Origin: Actinomycetota bacterium
GTDB taxonomy: Bacteria > Actinomycetota > Acidimicrobiia > Spongiisociales > UBA5794
Assembly (NCBI GenBank): GCA_030123765.1
Contig: JASJXX010000003.1
Coordinates: 10,795-74,794 of the forward strand
DNA length: 64,000 nt
Direction: 5' to 3'
Position numbers and translations under genes: made by a program. The notes below the pieces were generated by a model. The model made no database searches. It was not told the origin of the DNA and saw only the letters and a list, made by a program, of their open reading frames with translations. This document shows positions 19,127 through 29,266 of the stretch, in pieces; the first letter of the stretch is position 1, and each line of letters begins with the position of its first letter.

Positions 19127-19981
19127 ATGATCAGTGGTGCTGCAGCCGAATCGACCTCAACGCTCATCGCCGCAGCCTCAGACCGTCTCACCCCGACCGA
19201 GCGGCGCATCGCGCAAGCGGTACTCGCCGAACCCTCCCTGCTCGCGTTCGGAACGGGGTCAGATCTCGCCCAGCACGTAGGGACGAGCCGGCCCTCCATT
19301 GTGCGTTTCGCGAACAAACTCGGCTTCAGCGGTTACACCGAGCTCCAGGACGCCGTGCGACGAAGTCTGTCACCGCACCTATTCCGCCCGAGTGACCGCA
19401 TCAGACATGACGACCCGTCAGCGTTCCCTGCGCGAGCCGCGCTCGAGCAAGCAGTAACCAGCGCCTTCGACGCGGTCGAGGGCGAGCGGCTGGCTGCGCT
19501 CGCCGCTCCGATCGTGCGTGCGGCGAATGTGTGGATCGTCTCCGGCGAGACCTCCAGGGCCGGCGCCCACGCCCTGGTCAGCGGGCTCTCCATAGTGCGT
19601 CCCGGCGTGCGCCTCGTCGAGGATCACTCCGCTGGCAGCGACCTCGCGGGAGCCGCGTCCGGTGATGCTGCGGTCGTCTTTGATTTCTTCCGGTACAGGC
19701 GCCACACGATCGCCACGGCACGCATCCTCACCGAGATCGGAGTTGCGATCGTTGCGATCACCGATGGCCCGCTCTCTCCTCTCGCGGCCCTGACCGACAC
19801 ATGGTGCGAACTCAGGGTTCCCGCGATCGGGCCTCTCGACAGCTCCGTCCCCGCGGTGGTGATAGCGGAACTCCTCGTCGCACAGGTGGCCAAGGACCTT
19901 CACGACGAGGCGACCGACCGCATCGACCGCATCGAACGGATGTGGGAAGCGACAGCGACGTTCCTCCCCCGCGACGGCTAA
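19127..19981 (+). CDS. MurR/RpiR-family transcriptional regulator (HTH_6 plus SIS)
   Basis: GSDLAQHVGTSRPSIVRFANKLGFSGYTELQD HTH; SIS sugar-phosphate-binding domain. An alternative GTG start lies at 19109. Confidence 0.75.
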   Translation: MISGAAAESTSTLIAAASDRLTPTERRIAQAVLAEPSLLAFGTGSDLAQHVGTSRPSIVRFANKLGFSGYTELQDAVRRSLSPHLFRPSDRIRHDDPSAFPARAALEQAVTSAFDAVEGERLAALAAPIVRAANVWIVSGETSRAGAHALVSGLSIVRPGVRLVEDHSAGSDLAGAASGDAAVVFDFFRYRRHTIATARILTEIGVAIVAITDGPLSPLAALTDTWCELRVPAIGPLDSSVPAVVIAELLVAQVAKDLHDEATDRIDRIERMWEATATFLPRDG

Positions 19982-21738
19982 GACATCACGGCCGGCCACC
20001 AGCCGCGCACCGAGTTGATGAGCGCGACAGCTTCAGCGACACGCGCCTCGGCAATCGTCACCGACCGTTCCGTGATCGTGTGGGCGTCGAGTAGCTCAGA
20101 ACGCAGGATCCCAGGGAGAAGCCCATCTGCAACGGGAGGGGTCAGCCACTCACCCCCGACGAGGAACACCACGTTCGCGATGGTCGACTCCGTCACGTGG
20201 CCGTGCTCGTTGACGCAGAGCACATCGTCAACATCCCGATGACGACTACGACGGTCGTCGAAGTGTCCCCTATCGGTGAGTTTGTGAAAGAGGCGCGGGT
20301 CACTGCTGTCGAGAGGGTCCAGATCGATCCGGACACGGACCGGCTCCTGCGCAAGACCAGGCCCGACCGAGAAACGCTCCGGGGCTCGTGCAAGGGCCAC
20401 CGACACAGCGCCGCTCCCTGAGAGCACAAGGCTCACCCGCGTCGGGCCTCTGAGGGACTCCGCCGACTCAAGGAGCGCCCGGCGCACCAGATCCACGTCA
20501 CAGACCACAGCCCAGTACGCAGCCGAGCTTCTCAGCCGTTCGAGGTGTTCCTCAAGGAGAACGTATCCGTCCTCCCAACGAATCGTCTCAAGCAATTCGA
20601 CCCGGGCCCCGCTCTCCGTGAGAACCAGCGCCTTGGCAAGAGCTTCGTCGTACTCGGCGTCTGCGTCAGAGTCCCAGGTGACTCCTCCTCCGACACCGTA
20701 TGTGGCACTGCCTCCGGATTGATCGACCACGGCAGTGCGAATCGCCACGTTGAAGCTCGCCCCCTCTACACCGTCACCCGGTGGAACGAAGCCCACCGCT
20801 CCGCAGTAGACGCCCCGCGGCCCGGGCTCCTGCTCAGCGATGATCGCCATTGAGCGAGCCTTCGGCGCTCCCGTCACCGATCCGCAGGGGAAGAGAGCCC
20901 CAAACACATCCACGAGACCGATACCCGGTCGAAGAACGGCCGCAACCTGAGACGTCATCTGCCACACCGTTCGGTACTGCTCGATCTTGAAGAGCTCGTC
21001 GACCTGCACCGACCCGAACTCGGCGATCCTCCCGAGGTCGTTACGGACGAGGTCGACGATCATCAGGTTCTCGGCACGGTCCTTCTCCGAAGATTCGAGT
21101 CCGAGTCGCCTCGCTTCGTCCTCAGCTGCCCATCGTCCTCGCGGTGCGGTGCCTTTCATGGGACGCGTCGTCACGCGCATATCACGCACCGAGAAGAACT
21201 GCTCAGGCGACACAGACACAATGTGTGTGTCCCCATGCCAGAGGTGCGCCGCGTACCTGGGATGCTGGGCGGCGACGAGGCTCGCGTACAACAGATCGGC
21301 ACTGGCCGAGAGAGTGGCGTGCATCCGAAACGTCAGATTGATCTGATAACTATCGCCGAGGGCAATGTGGCGACGCACGGCCGCGAACGCCGCCCCGTAC
21401 CGATCCCTATCAAAGGATGGCACCCAATTTGACGCGGTGTAGCCCAGCGGATCCGGGGGGAGAGTGTCCGGGGGGTCGACGTCGATCGTTCCGCCGAACA
21501 CACCGAACCAGACGAGCGGACCGTCGTAATCCTCCCGGACGACGAGTGCCCCGTCGAATGCGGGAGCTGCCTCATAGGCCACGTATCCCGCCACCCACCT
21601 GCCCGCGGCCGCTTCCTGGGAGACGCGTTCAATCGCGTCCGTGACGTCAGAGAGCTCTGTGGCGACGATCTCGCAGTGAGGATCTCGCAACACGAACGAA
21701 CGACCCGAATCCGCATCATCAAACCGAGCACCGAACAT
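19978..21738 (-). CDS. pabB: Aminodeoxychorismate synthase component I fused to aminodeoxychorismate lyase (PabB-PabC)
   Basis: N-terminal chorismate-binding domain (LMIVDLVRNDLGRI...GAPK), C-terminal class-IV aminotransferase fold. Total 586 aa. Confidence 0.8.
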   Translation of the reverse strand: MFGARFDDADSGRSFVLRDPHCEIVATELSDVTDAIERVSQEAAAGRWVAGYVAYEAAPAFDGALVVREDYDGPLVWFGVFGGTIDVDPPDTLPPDPLGYTASNWVPSFDRDRYGAAFAAVRRHIALGDSYQINLTFRMHATLSASADLLYASLVAAQHPRYAAHLWHGDTHIVSVSPEQFFSVRDMRVTTRPMKGTAPRGRWAAEDEARRLGLESSEKDRAENLMIVDLVRNDLGRIAEFGSVQVDELFKIEQYRTVWQMTSQVAAVLRPGIGLVDVFGALFPCGSVTGAPKARSMAIIAEQEPGPRGVYCGAVGFVPPGDGVEGASFNVAIRTAVVDQSGGSATYGVGGGVTWDSDADAEYDEALAKALVLTESGARVELLETIRWEDGYVLLEEHLERLRSSAAYWAVVCDVDLVRRALLESAESLRGPTRVSLVLSGSGAVSVALARAPERFSVGPGLAQEPVRVRIDLDPLDSSDPRLFHKLTDRGHFDDRRSRHRDVDDVLCVNEHGHVTESTIANVVFLVGGEWLTPPVADGLLPGILRSELLDAHTITERSVTIAEARVAEAVALINSVRGWWPAVMS

Positions 21739-21835
21739 CTAACAACGATATGCACCTGTCAGATACTGATGCCAGATGCGAACATCCGGCTCTGATTTCT
21801 CGTAGTGTGTCACTCACCCGACCAAGGATCAGGCG

Positions 21836-23482
21836 ATGCACATGCAGGACGACTTCCCCCTACTCCTCAGCACCCTGTACGACAACGCCGTCTGGCAGTA
21901 CCCACGCCAGGAGATCGTCTCCGTTGAGGCGGATCTCTCCATTCACCGCACCACCTACGCCGAGACAGACGTCCGGATCCGCAAGCTCGCGACCGCACTC
22001 TCAGAAAAACTCAACACCGCACGGGGTGATGTGATCGGGACGTTCGCTTGGAACAACCACCGCCACCATGAGCTCTACTGGGCCACGGCGAACACGGGCC
22101 GCATCTGCCACACGCTCAACATCCGGCTCTTCGCCGATCAGATCGTGTACATCGTCAACCACGCTGCGGACCGGGTGATCTTCGTCGATCCCGACCTTGC
22201 CCCTCTCTTCGCCCCGCTGATCCGTCAGTTCACAACCGTTGAGCAGATCGTGATCATGGGACCGACGACGGAGGGCTGCGGCATCGAGGGCGCCATCGCG
22301 TACGAGGACCTCATCGCAGACGTCGAGCCCCTCGCCGAATGGCCGATGCTCGACGAGACGAGCCCGATGATGTACTGCTACACGTCAGGCACAACGGGCA
22401 ATCCGAGGGGTGTTGCGTACACGCAGCGGTCAACGTATCTGCACACCATCTCCAACCTCGCAGCCAACCCGATCAGCGCCGAAGACAACGTCCTCCCTGT
22501 CGTCCCGATGTTCCATGCCTCTGCGTGGGGATATCCGTTCATGGCGGTCACCAACGGAGCGAAGCTGACCTATCCCGGCCCGGATCTGTCGGGCGAAGGC
22601 ATCGTACGGCTCTTCGTCAGCGAGCACGTGACGTTCTCGGCGGGCGTCCCGACCGTCTGGCTCAGCATCCAGCAGCATCTCGAGGCGAATCCCGACATCG
22701 ACATCTCTCACATCCGTGCACTCTTCTGCGGAGGCTCGGCCGTCCCTCGTTCAATGATCGACTGGTTCGAGAAGAACGCCCGGGTACGCGTCATCCAGGG
22801 TTGGGGGATGACCGAGACGAACCCGGTCGCAGCGGCCGCGACGCTCAAGCCGTGGATGGAGGAGTGGCCATGGAGCGACCAACTCGATGTGCTCGAAACC
22901 GCGGGTCGACCCATCCCCGGACTTCAGGTAAAGATCGTCGATGAGCACTTCGAGACGCTACCGAACGACGGGGAGGCATTCGGCGAGCTCTTGATTCGAG
23001 GACCTTGGATCGCAGCCGAGTATTACAACGACCCGCGAACGAACGAATCGTTCGTCGATGGATGGCTACGCACCGGCGACGTCTGCAAAATCACCCCCGA
23101 CGGCTACATCCGAATCATCGACAGGGCGAAGGATGTCATCAAGTCCGGTGGTGAGTGGATCTCCTCCCTTGACGTCGAGAACGAGATCATGGCGCACCCC
23201 GATGTGACGGAGGCGACAGTGGTCGGGCTTGCGCACCCCAAATGGCAGGAACGTCCCGCCGCGTTCATCGTGACACGGGAGGGCGCAGCAGTGACCGCTG
23301 ACGACATTCGCGAGTTCCTCACCCCTCGAATCGCCGCGTGGTGGATGCCGGACAAGTTCGTCTTCGTCGACGAGATTCCCAAGACGGGGACAGGTAAGTT
23401 CGACAAGAAGGTGGTGAGAGCCCGATACGCGGATCTTCTCACAAGTGGCGAGGAACAGGCCCCCAGCCCATCGGCGTCCTGA
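21836..23482 (+). CDS. fadD: Long-chain acyl-CoA synthetase (AMP-dependent synthetase/ligase)
   Basis: YTSGTTGNPRGV AMP-binding motif; the GEW...G motif region. Confidence 0.85.
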   Translation: MHMQDDFPLLLSTLYDNAVWQYPRQEIVSVEADLSIHRTTYAETDVRIRKLATALSEKLNTARGDVIGTFAWNNHRHHELYWATANTGRICHTLNIRLFADQIVYIVNHAADRVIFVDPDLAPLFAPLIRQFTTVEQIVIMGPTTEGCGIEGAIAYEDLIADVEPLAEWPMLDETSPMMYCYTSGTTGNPRGVAYTQRSTYLHTISNLAANPISAEDNVLPVVPMFHASAWGYPFMAVTNGAKLTYPGPDLSGEGIVRLFVSEHVTFSAGVPTVWLSIQQHLEANPDIDISHIRALFCGGSAVPRSMIDWFEKNARVRVIQGWGMTETNPVAAAATLKPWMEEWPWSDQLDVLETAGRPIPGLQVKIVDEHFETLPNDGEAFGELLIRGPWIAAEYYNDPRTNESFVDGWLRTGDVCKITPDGYIRIIDRAKDVIKSGGEWISSLDVENEIMAHPDVTEATVVGLAHPKWQERPAAFIVTREGAAVTADDIREFLTPRIAAWWMPDKFVFVDEIPKTGTGKFDKKVVRARYADLLTSGEEQAPSPSAS

Positions 23483-23497
23483 CGCTCAACATCTCTC

Positions 23498-25744
23498 TCA
23501 GGCGAGCACGCTCTCCAGTTCGTCCACTGTGATCAACACGCTGCGTGCCTTGGAGCCCTCTGAGGGTCCGACGATGCCCTTTGCCTCCAGGATGTCCATG
23601 ACGCGACCTGCGCGAGCGAAGCCGATGCGGAGCTTTCGTTGCAACATGGACGTCGAGCCGAGTTGGGATCGCACGATGAGCTCGATCGCCTGGCGCATGA
23701 TCTCCGGATCCTCACCGTCGAATTGCTCAACCGCAGCCGCTGCCTGGTTGGCTTGTTTGAATACCTCCGCGTCGCGGTACTGAGCGTCACGCTGGTCTCG
23801 AACCCACTCAACGACCGCGCGGATCTCACCCTCGGAGACGAAAGAGCCCTGAATACGTTCCGGCTTCGGGTCGCGAGAGGTGACCACGAGCATGTCGCCG
23901 AGTCCGACGAGCTTCTCTGCGCCACCCTGGTCGATGATCACCCTGCTATCCGTCTGGGAAGCGACAGAGAAAGCGAGACGTGAAGGAATGTTCGCCTTGA
24001 TGACCCCTGTAATGACGTTCACCGACGGTCGCTGCGTGGCAAGCACGAGGTGGATACCTACAGCACGCGCCATCTGCGCGATGCGCACGATCGAATCTTC
24101 GACACTACGTCCGGCGATCATCATCAGATCGTTCAGCTCGTCGACGACGATCACGATGTACGGGAAGCGGTCAAACATCTCTTCATCAAGGCCGCCCGCA
24201 TCGTACGTCTCGCGGTACGAGTCGATGTCACGCACACCCGCGTCCGCGAGAAGGTCATATCTGCGATCCATCTCGGCAACTGCCCACTGAAGCGCGTCAG
24301 CCGCCTTCTTCGGATTGACAATCACCCGGGTCAACAGATGCGGTGCGCCGTTGTACTGGCCAAGTTCCACACGTTTGGGATCAACGAGAATGAGGCGGAC
24401 TTCATCCGGGGTCGCGCGCAGCAGGATCGAGGTGAGCAGTGAGTTGATGCACGACGACTTCCCCGCACCGGTCGCGCCTGCGATGAGCAGGTGGGGGAGC
24501 TCCGAGAGACGCAGCATGCGCGGTGTTCCCGAGACATCCATGCCGAGGCTCACGAGCATCGGATCGCGATCGCTCCGCGCAACTTCGGATGTGAGAATGT
24601 CACCGATCGTCACGAGGTGACGTTTCCGGTTCGGGACCTCCACACCGATCGCCGACTTCCCCGGAATGGGAGCAAGGATGCGAACGTCAGCTGCGGCGAG
24701 CGCATACGCGATGTCATGGGTGAGGCTGGTGACCTTGTTGACCTTCACACCCGGAGCAAGTTCGATCTCATAGCGGGTCACGGTCGGCCCCGGCACGATC
24801 CGCACGAGTTTCGCGTCGACTCCATGCTGGCGGAGCGTCTCCTCGAGGTCTTCGCCCGTCGCTTCGAAACCGCGCACGTCGTAGCTGTCGTGGTTCGAGA
24901 GCTTGAGGATCTCAAGGGGCGGGAGTTCGTACCCTTCGCTCTTCGCTGGCTCAGGTACCTTCGGCTGGAGGGGCGGAGACACAGGCGGTTCCGGTTCTGC
25001 ATCCTGGCTGACCTTCGACTTCCTCGGCGCCCGTGCAACGGGAGCGACCGAGGCGCCCTGCATCGTTGGCGGTGCATCGACAGCCATGGCCGCTGTACGG
25101 GTGTCGCGAGCCATGCCGATCCAGCTCCACAGACTAGAGAGCGAGGTGCCGATCGAACGAAGGACATCGCCAAGAGAAGCGCGCGTTATGAGAAGGGCGC
25201 CGATACCTACTACGGCGACGAGCACGACGAAGGCGCCCCAGTGTCCGACGATCCGTTCAAGGGGGTACGCAATGAGCGAACCGACGACGCCACCCGAGTT
25301 TCCGACGGAATCGCCGGTGCCCGCAATGGGGAGGTTGCCGGTGAGGAGATGGAAGAGAGCCAGGGATCCGAGGAACAGCACGGCGACCCCGACGATCATC
25401 TTCGGGTTCTCTTCTCGACTGATGACACCGGTGAGGGAGAGGCCACCAATGATGAATGCGAGAGGCACGACGAATGCCCAGACACCGAACAGCAGTCGGG
25501 CGATGTTCGACGCGGTGGTTCCGAACGGCCCTGCGAGTTCAAAGAAGGAGAGGAAGATGAGGACGCCGAGCGCTGCGAGGACGATGCCCCACACGTCTGC
25601 CTTGTGATCGCCGAGCTGTTCGCCGATCTTCCGCGGAACTACCCCCAGCGCGGAGATGATCCTCGTGACAAGTGACGCCTTTTTCTGTTTTCTCTTCGCG
25701 GTACTCCGCCCCGTGGCCCGACCCGCCGTTGTGCGTGTCGCCAT
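23498..25744 (-). CDS. ftsK: DNA translocase FtsK/SpoIIIE
   Basis: N-terminal TMs, proline-rich linker, motor domain (GATGAGKS, VVVDELNDLMM), gamma domain. Confidence 0.9.
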   Translation of the reverse strand: MATRTTAGRATGRSTAKRKQKKASLVTRIISALGVVPRKIGEQLGDHKADVWGIVLAALGVLIFLSFFELAGPFGTTASNIARLLFGVWAFVVPLAFIIGGLSLTGVISREENPKMIVGVAVLFLGSLALFHLLTGNLPIAGTGDSVGNSGGVVGSLIAYPLERIVGHWGAFVVLVAVVGIGALLITRASLGDVLRSIGTSLSSLWSWIGMARDTRTAAMAVDAPPTMQGASVAPVARAPRKSKVSQDAEPEPPVSPPLQPKVPEPAKSEGYELPPLEILKLSNHDSYDVRGFEATGEDLEETLRQHGVDAKLVRIVPGPTVTRYEIELAPGVKVNKVTSLTHDIAYALAAADVRILAPIPGKSAIGVEVPNRKRHLVTIGDILTSEVARSDRDPMLVSLGMDVSGTPRMLRLSELPHLLIAGATGAGKSSCINSLLTSILLRATPDEVRLILVDPKRVELGQYNGAPHLLTRVIVNPKKAADALQWAVAEMDRRYDLLADAGVRDIDSYRETYDAGGLDEEMFDRFPYIVIVVDELNDLMMIAGRSVEDSIVRIAQMARAVGIHLVLATQRPSVNVITGVIKANIPSRLAFSVASQTDSRVIIDQGGAEKLVGLGDMLVVTSRDPKPERIQGSFVSEGEIRAVVEWVRDQRDAQYRDAEVFKQANQAAAAVEQFDGEDPEIMRQAIELIVRSQLGSTSMLQRKLRIGFARAGRVMDILEAKGIVGPSEGSKARSVLITVDELESVLA

Positions 25745-25845
25745 GGGACTACAACTGTACCCCAGCTACCGCCGCGAACAAACCACCAAACGCGTCCGGC
25801 GTCGATTCTCCCCGTATGAGGTGAGAATCGGCGCCAGAGCGGGGG

Positions 25846-27474
25846 TCAGACTTCGATGACGACGGGGAGCACGACGGGGCGGCGTTTCACACTCTTCTTG
25901 ACAGCTCGCGTTGCGGAGTTGCGTATGCGGGTCCGTAACACGTCAGGGTCGATGGGTGCCTCGAGCGTCGCGACCGACTGTCGCACCCGCTCCTCGATCA
26001 GGGTGTGCAAGTCGTCGTCATCGGTCGTGACACCGTGAGAGTGCACGTCCGGCCCTATCAGAATCTCGCCACTGGCAAAGTTGACTCCGATCGTCACGAT
26101 GAGCACGCCGTCGTCTGCCAGATGCCTCCGGTCACGGATGATGCTGTCCGCCCCCCCGACCTCAACGCCGTCGACATACACGTACCCGCCCGGTATGGCG
26201 CCACGCTCGACGCGCAGATCGCCATCCTCGAGCACAACGACGTCGCCGTTGACACAGATTTCGACCTCGGGGATGTTCATGAGCGTGCCGAGCGCCGCGT
26301 TCGCGACGAGGTGCCGGTACTCGCCATGCACCGGCACGAGAGCGTCCGGCCTGACTGTGTTGTAAAAGGTCTTGAGTTCCTCGGCTGCGGCGTGCCCGGA
26401 CACGTGCACATGCGTGTTGCGCCCGTGAAACACCGTCACTCCCGCCCGGTACAGATTGTTGATGACTCTCGACACCCTGGTTTCGTTCCCTGGAATGGGA
26501 GTAGCGGAGATGATGACGGTGTCGCCTTCGCTCAGGGAGATAGAGCGATGTTCACCGGCGGCCATGAGCGAGAGCGCGGCGAACGGTTCTCCCTGGCTCC
26601 CTGTCGAGATGATCGCCGTGTCGGCATCCGGCATCTCGATGAGATCTTTCAGCTCGACCAGTGATCCGTCCGGGATGCTGAGAACGCCGAGATCCGCCGC
26701 GATCTCAGAATTGCGTAACATCGAGCGACCGATGAAGGCGAACTTGCGGCCATCGCGCACCATCGCGTCGATCGCCTGTTGCACTCGATGCACGTGGCTA
26801 GCGAAACATGCAAGCAGAACGCGGCCCTCCGCGTGGGAGACGATCTCGTCGAGCCGTTCACCGACCGTCACTTCAGACGGTACGAATCCCGGCAACTCGG
26901 CATTTGTCGAGTCGGCAAGCAGGAGCCGTACACCCCGCTTACCGATCGTAGCGAAAGAGCGCAGATCGGTTGGGACGCCATCAATCGGCGTCGGGTCAAG
27001 CTTGAAGTCGCCTGTGTGCAGCACGATCCCTTCGGATGTGTCGAACGCTATGCCGGCAGCGTCAGGGATCGAGTGCGACACCGGGATAAACGTGAATCGG
27101 AACGTCCCGTGATCGATCCACTCGTAGACCTCGACAGAGCGCAGATCGGGCACGATGCCGTGTTCCTCGATGCGGGCACGGGCGAACTCGATCGTGAGCG
27201 ATGTCCCGTATATCGGGACGTTGATCTCCTTCAGCAGATACGCGAGCGCTCCAATGTGGTCTTCGTGCCCGTGCGTGAGGATGATGCACTTCAGGTCATC
27301 GGGACGGGCGAGTATCGAAGCGAAGTCAGGAAGAACGAGGTCGACGCCAAGCATGTCTTCCTCGGGGAACATGAGGCCGCAGTCGATCAGAGCTATCTCT
27401 CCGTCGATCTCGATCGACGCACAGTTCCTGCCTACCTCCCCGAGTCCCCCGAGAAATCCGATCCTGACCGTCAC
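25846..27474 (-). CDS. rnj: Ribonuclease J
   Basis: Metallo-beta-lactamase HGHEDHIG plus beta-CASP fold. Confidence 0.9.
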   Translation of the reverse strand: MTVRIGFLGGLGEVGRNCASIEIDGEIALIDCGLMFPEEDMLGVDLVLPDFASILARPDDLKCIILTHGHEDHIGALAYLLKEINVPIYGTSLTIEFARARIEEHGIVPDLRSVEVYEWIDHGTFRFTFIPVSHSIPDAAGIAFDTSEGIVLHTGDFKLDPTPIDGVPTDLRSFATIGKRGVRLLLADSTNAELPGFVPSEVTVGERLDEIVSHAEGRVLLACFASHVHRVQQAIDAMVRDGRKFAFIGRSMLRNSEIAADLGVLSIPDGSLVELKDLIEMPDADTAIISTGSQGEPFAALSLMAAGEHRSISLSEGDTVIISATPIPGNETRVSRVINNLYRAGVTVFHGRNTHVHVSGHAAAEELKTFYNTVRPDALVPVHGEYRHLVANAALGTLMNIPEVEICVNGDVVVLEDGDLRVERGAIPGGYVYVDGVEVGGADSIIRDRRHLADDGVLIVTIGVNFASGEILIGPDVHSHGVTTDDDDLHTLIEERVRQSVATLEAPIDPDVLRTRIRNSATRAVKKSVKRRPVVLPVVIEV

Positions 27475-28376
27475 GATGACCGGTCTTCGGTGATCGCCTT
27501 GAGGGCTCTGCCTACCGCCTCGACCGAATCGGGTTTCGCAGACATCAACGGGAGACGGGGCACTCCCACAGCATCCCAGTACTCCGTCAGCGCGCCTTTG
27601 AGGGGCATCGGATTCGGCTCGGCGAAGAGCGCCTCGTTGAGGGGCATCAAGAGGCGATGCAACGCGTCAGCCTTCTCTTCGTCGCCTTCGATGACGGCGT
27701 CGACCATCTCTGCTATCTCCCGGCCGGCGAGATGCGATGCCACAGACACGACACCGACAGCACCCATCGCGACGAGGTCTCTGGTGAGTTCATCCGATCC
27801 TGAGTACACGGCGATGCCCTCGGGCAGCGCCTCGATCGCACGACGGGACCAGTCAAGATCATCGACGGCGTCCTTCACCGCAACGACGTTGGGATGCTCA
27901 CAGATCTCGACGAGGGTGTCGATCTCGATGAGTGTCCCCGTACGACCGGGAATGTTGTAGATCATGACAGGCAGGTCGGTTGCGTCCGCGATGGCGTGCA
28001 TGTGGGCGATGATCCCGTGCTGAGGAGGTTTCGAGTAGTACGGGGTAACCGCCATCACACCATCCACTCCGGATTCTGCCGCCGAGATGGCGAACTCTAT
28101 GGACTCGGCCGTGTCGTTGTTCGTGCCACCGGCCACCACCTTCACCGTGTCCGGGGCGGCGTCGACGGCTGCAGCGAAGAGCGCCATCTTCTCCGGCTTG
28201 GAGAGCGTGGGTGACTCACCTGTCGTGCCGCACACGACGATCGATTCGGTGCCGTTCTCCGCCACATGGCGGACGAGCCGCCAGAACGCGGCGTAGTCTA
28301 TCGGACCCTCCGACGTGAAGGGGGTGATGATCGCCGTCGCGACCCGGCCGAACGGCGCCTCTGGTCGATGTTTCAT
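27471..28376 (-). CDS. dapA: 4-hydroxy-tetrahydrodipicolinate synthase
   Basis: GTTGES, ATG at 28376. The ORF-track extension is rejected. Confidence 0.9.
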   Translation of the reverse strand: MKHRPEAPFGRVATAIITPFTSEGPIDYAAFWRLVRHVAENGTESIVVCGTTGESPTLSKPEKMALFAAAVDAAPDTVKVVAGGTNNDTAESIEFAISAAESGVDGVMAVTPYYSKPPQHGIIAHMHAIADATDLPVMIYNIPGRTGTLIEIDTLVEICEHPNVVAVKDAVDDLDWSRRAIEALPEGIAVYSGSDELTRDLVAMGAVGVVSVASHLAGREIAEMVDAVIEGDEEKADALHRLLMPLNEALFAEPNPMPLKGALTEYWDAVGVPRLPLMSAKPDSVEAVGRALKAITEDRSS

Positions 28377-28418
28377 ATATCGGAAGTTACCACGAGACCT
28401 TGAATTAACCTTCCTCCC

Positions 28419-29264
28419 ATGACGAACGCAAGCCAACACGTCAAGGACATCACCACAGCGGACTTCCAGCGAGAGGTTCTGGCACGGTCGCGCGAGGTTC
28501 CCGTACTCGTCGACTTCTGGGCCGAATGGTGTGGCCCGTGCAAAACGCTCTCACCTCTGCTTGAACGCATCACGGACGAAGCCGACGGCGCCTTCGAACT
28601 CGCCAAGGTCGATGTGGATGCGAACCAGGAGCTCTCCACACAGTTCATGATCCAGTCGATCCCAACGGTCATTGCGATCAGAAACGGGAAGGAGGTGGAC
28701 CGCTTCTCCGGTGCCCTGCCCGAAGCCTCCATCATGGCGTTCCTTAAGGGCGTTCTCCCGAACGAGCTCGACATCATGGTGGAGGAGGCGCGAACTGCGC
28801 TGACATCTGACGACTCGCCAGGCGCCGAGCACATCTTGAGACAGGTACTCGACCAGCGATCTGACCATCACGACGCCGGGACGAGCCTCGCCGCTCTCCT
28901 CATCGACCGCGGCGAGATCGACGAAGCGCTCATCGTGCTCGGAAAACTCGTCTCCGACGGCGAAGTCGACCGCCTCCAGGCTGCGGCACGCCTCCGCCAA
29001 TCCGCGGGCAACGACATCCCATCGCTCGAGAGAGCAGCGTCAGCGGATCCGACCGACGACGATGCCCAGCTCGAACTCGCTCGAGCGCTCGCAGCACGGG
29101 CCGAGTATGAACCCGCGCTTGACAAGCTCCTCGCTGTCGTTGCGAGAAAGAGCACGGGGAGAGAGGATGCTCGCCTCGCGATCGTCGACATCTTCGAGGT
29201 GCTCGGCAACGACCACCCGTTGACACTCACTTACCGTCGGCTCCTCGCCGCGGCGCTCTTCTAG
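28419..29264 (+). CDS. Thioredoxin-domain protein with C-terminal TPR-like domain (YbbN/CnoX-like)
   Basis: WAEWCGPCK thioredoxin motif; helical C-terminal half. Confidence 0.8.
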   Translation: MTNASQHVKDITTADFQREVLARSREVPVLVDFWAEWCGPCKTLSPLLERITDEADGAFELAKVDVDANQELSTQFMIQSIPTVIAIRNGKEVDRFSGALPEASIMAFLKGVLPNELDIMVEEARTALTSDDSPGAEHILRQVLDQRSDHHDAGTSLAALLIDRGEIDEALIVLGKLVSDGEVDRLQAAARLRQSAGNDIPSLERAASADPTDDDAQLELARALAARAEYEPALDKLLAVVARKSTGREDARLAIVDIFEVLGNDHPLTLTYRRLLAAALF

Positions 29265-29266
29265 GA

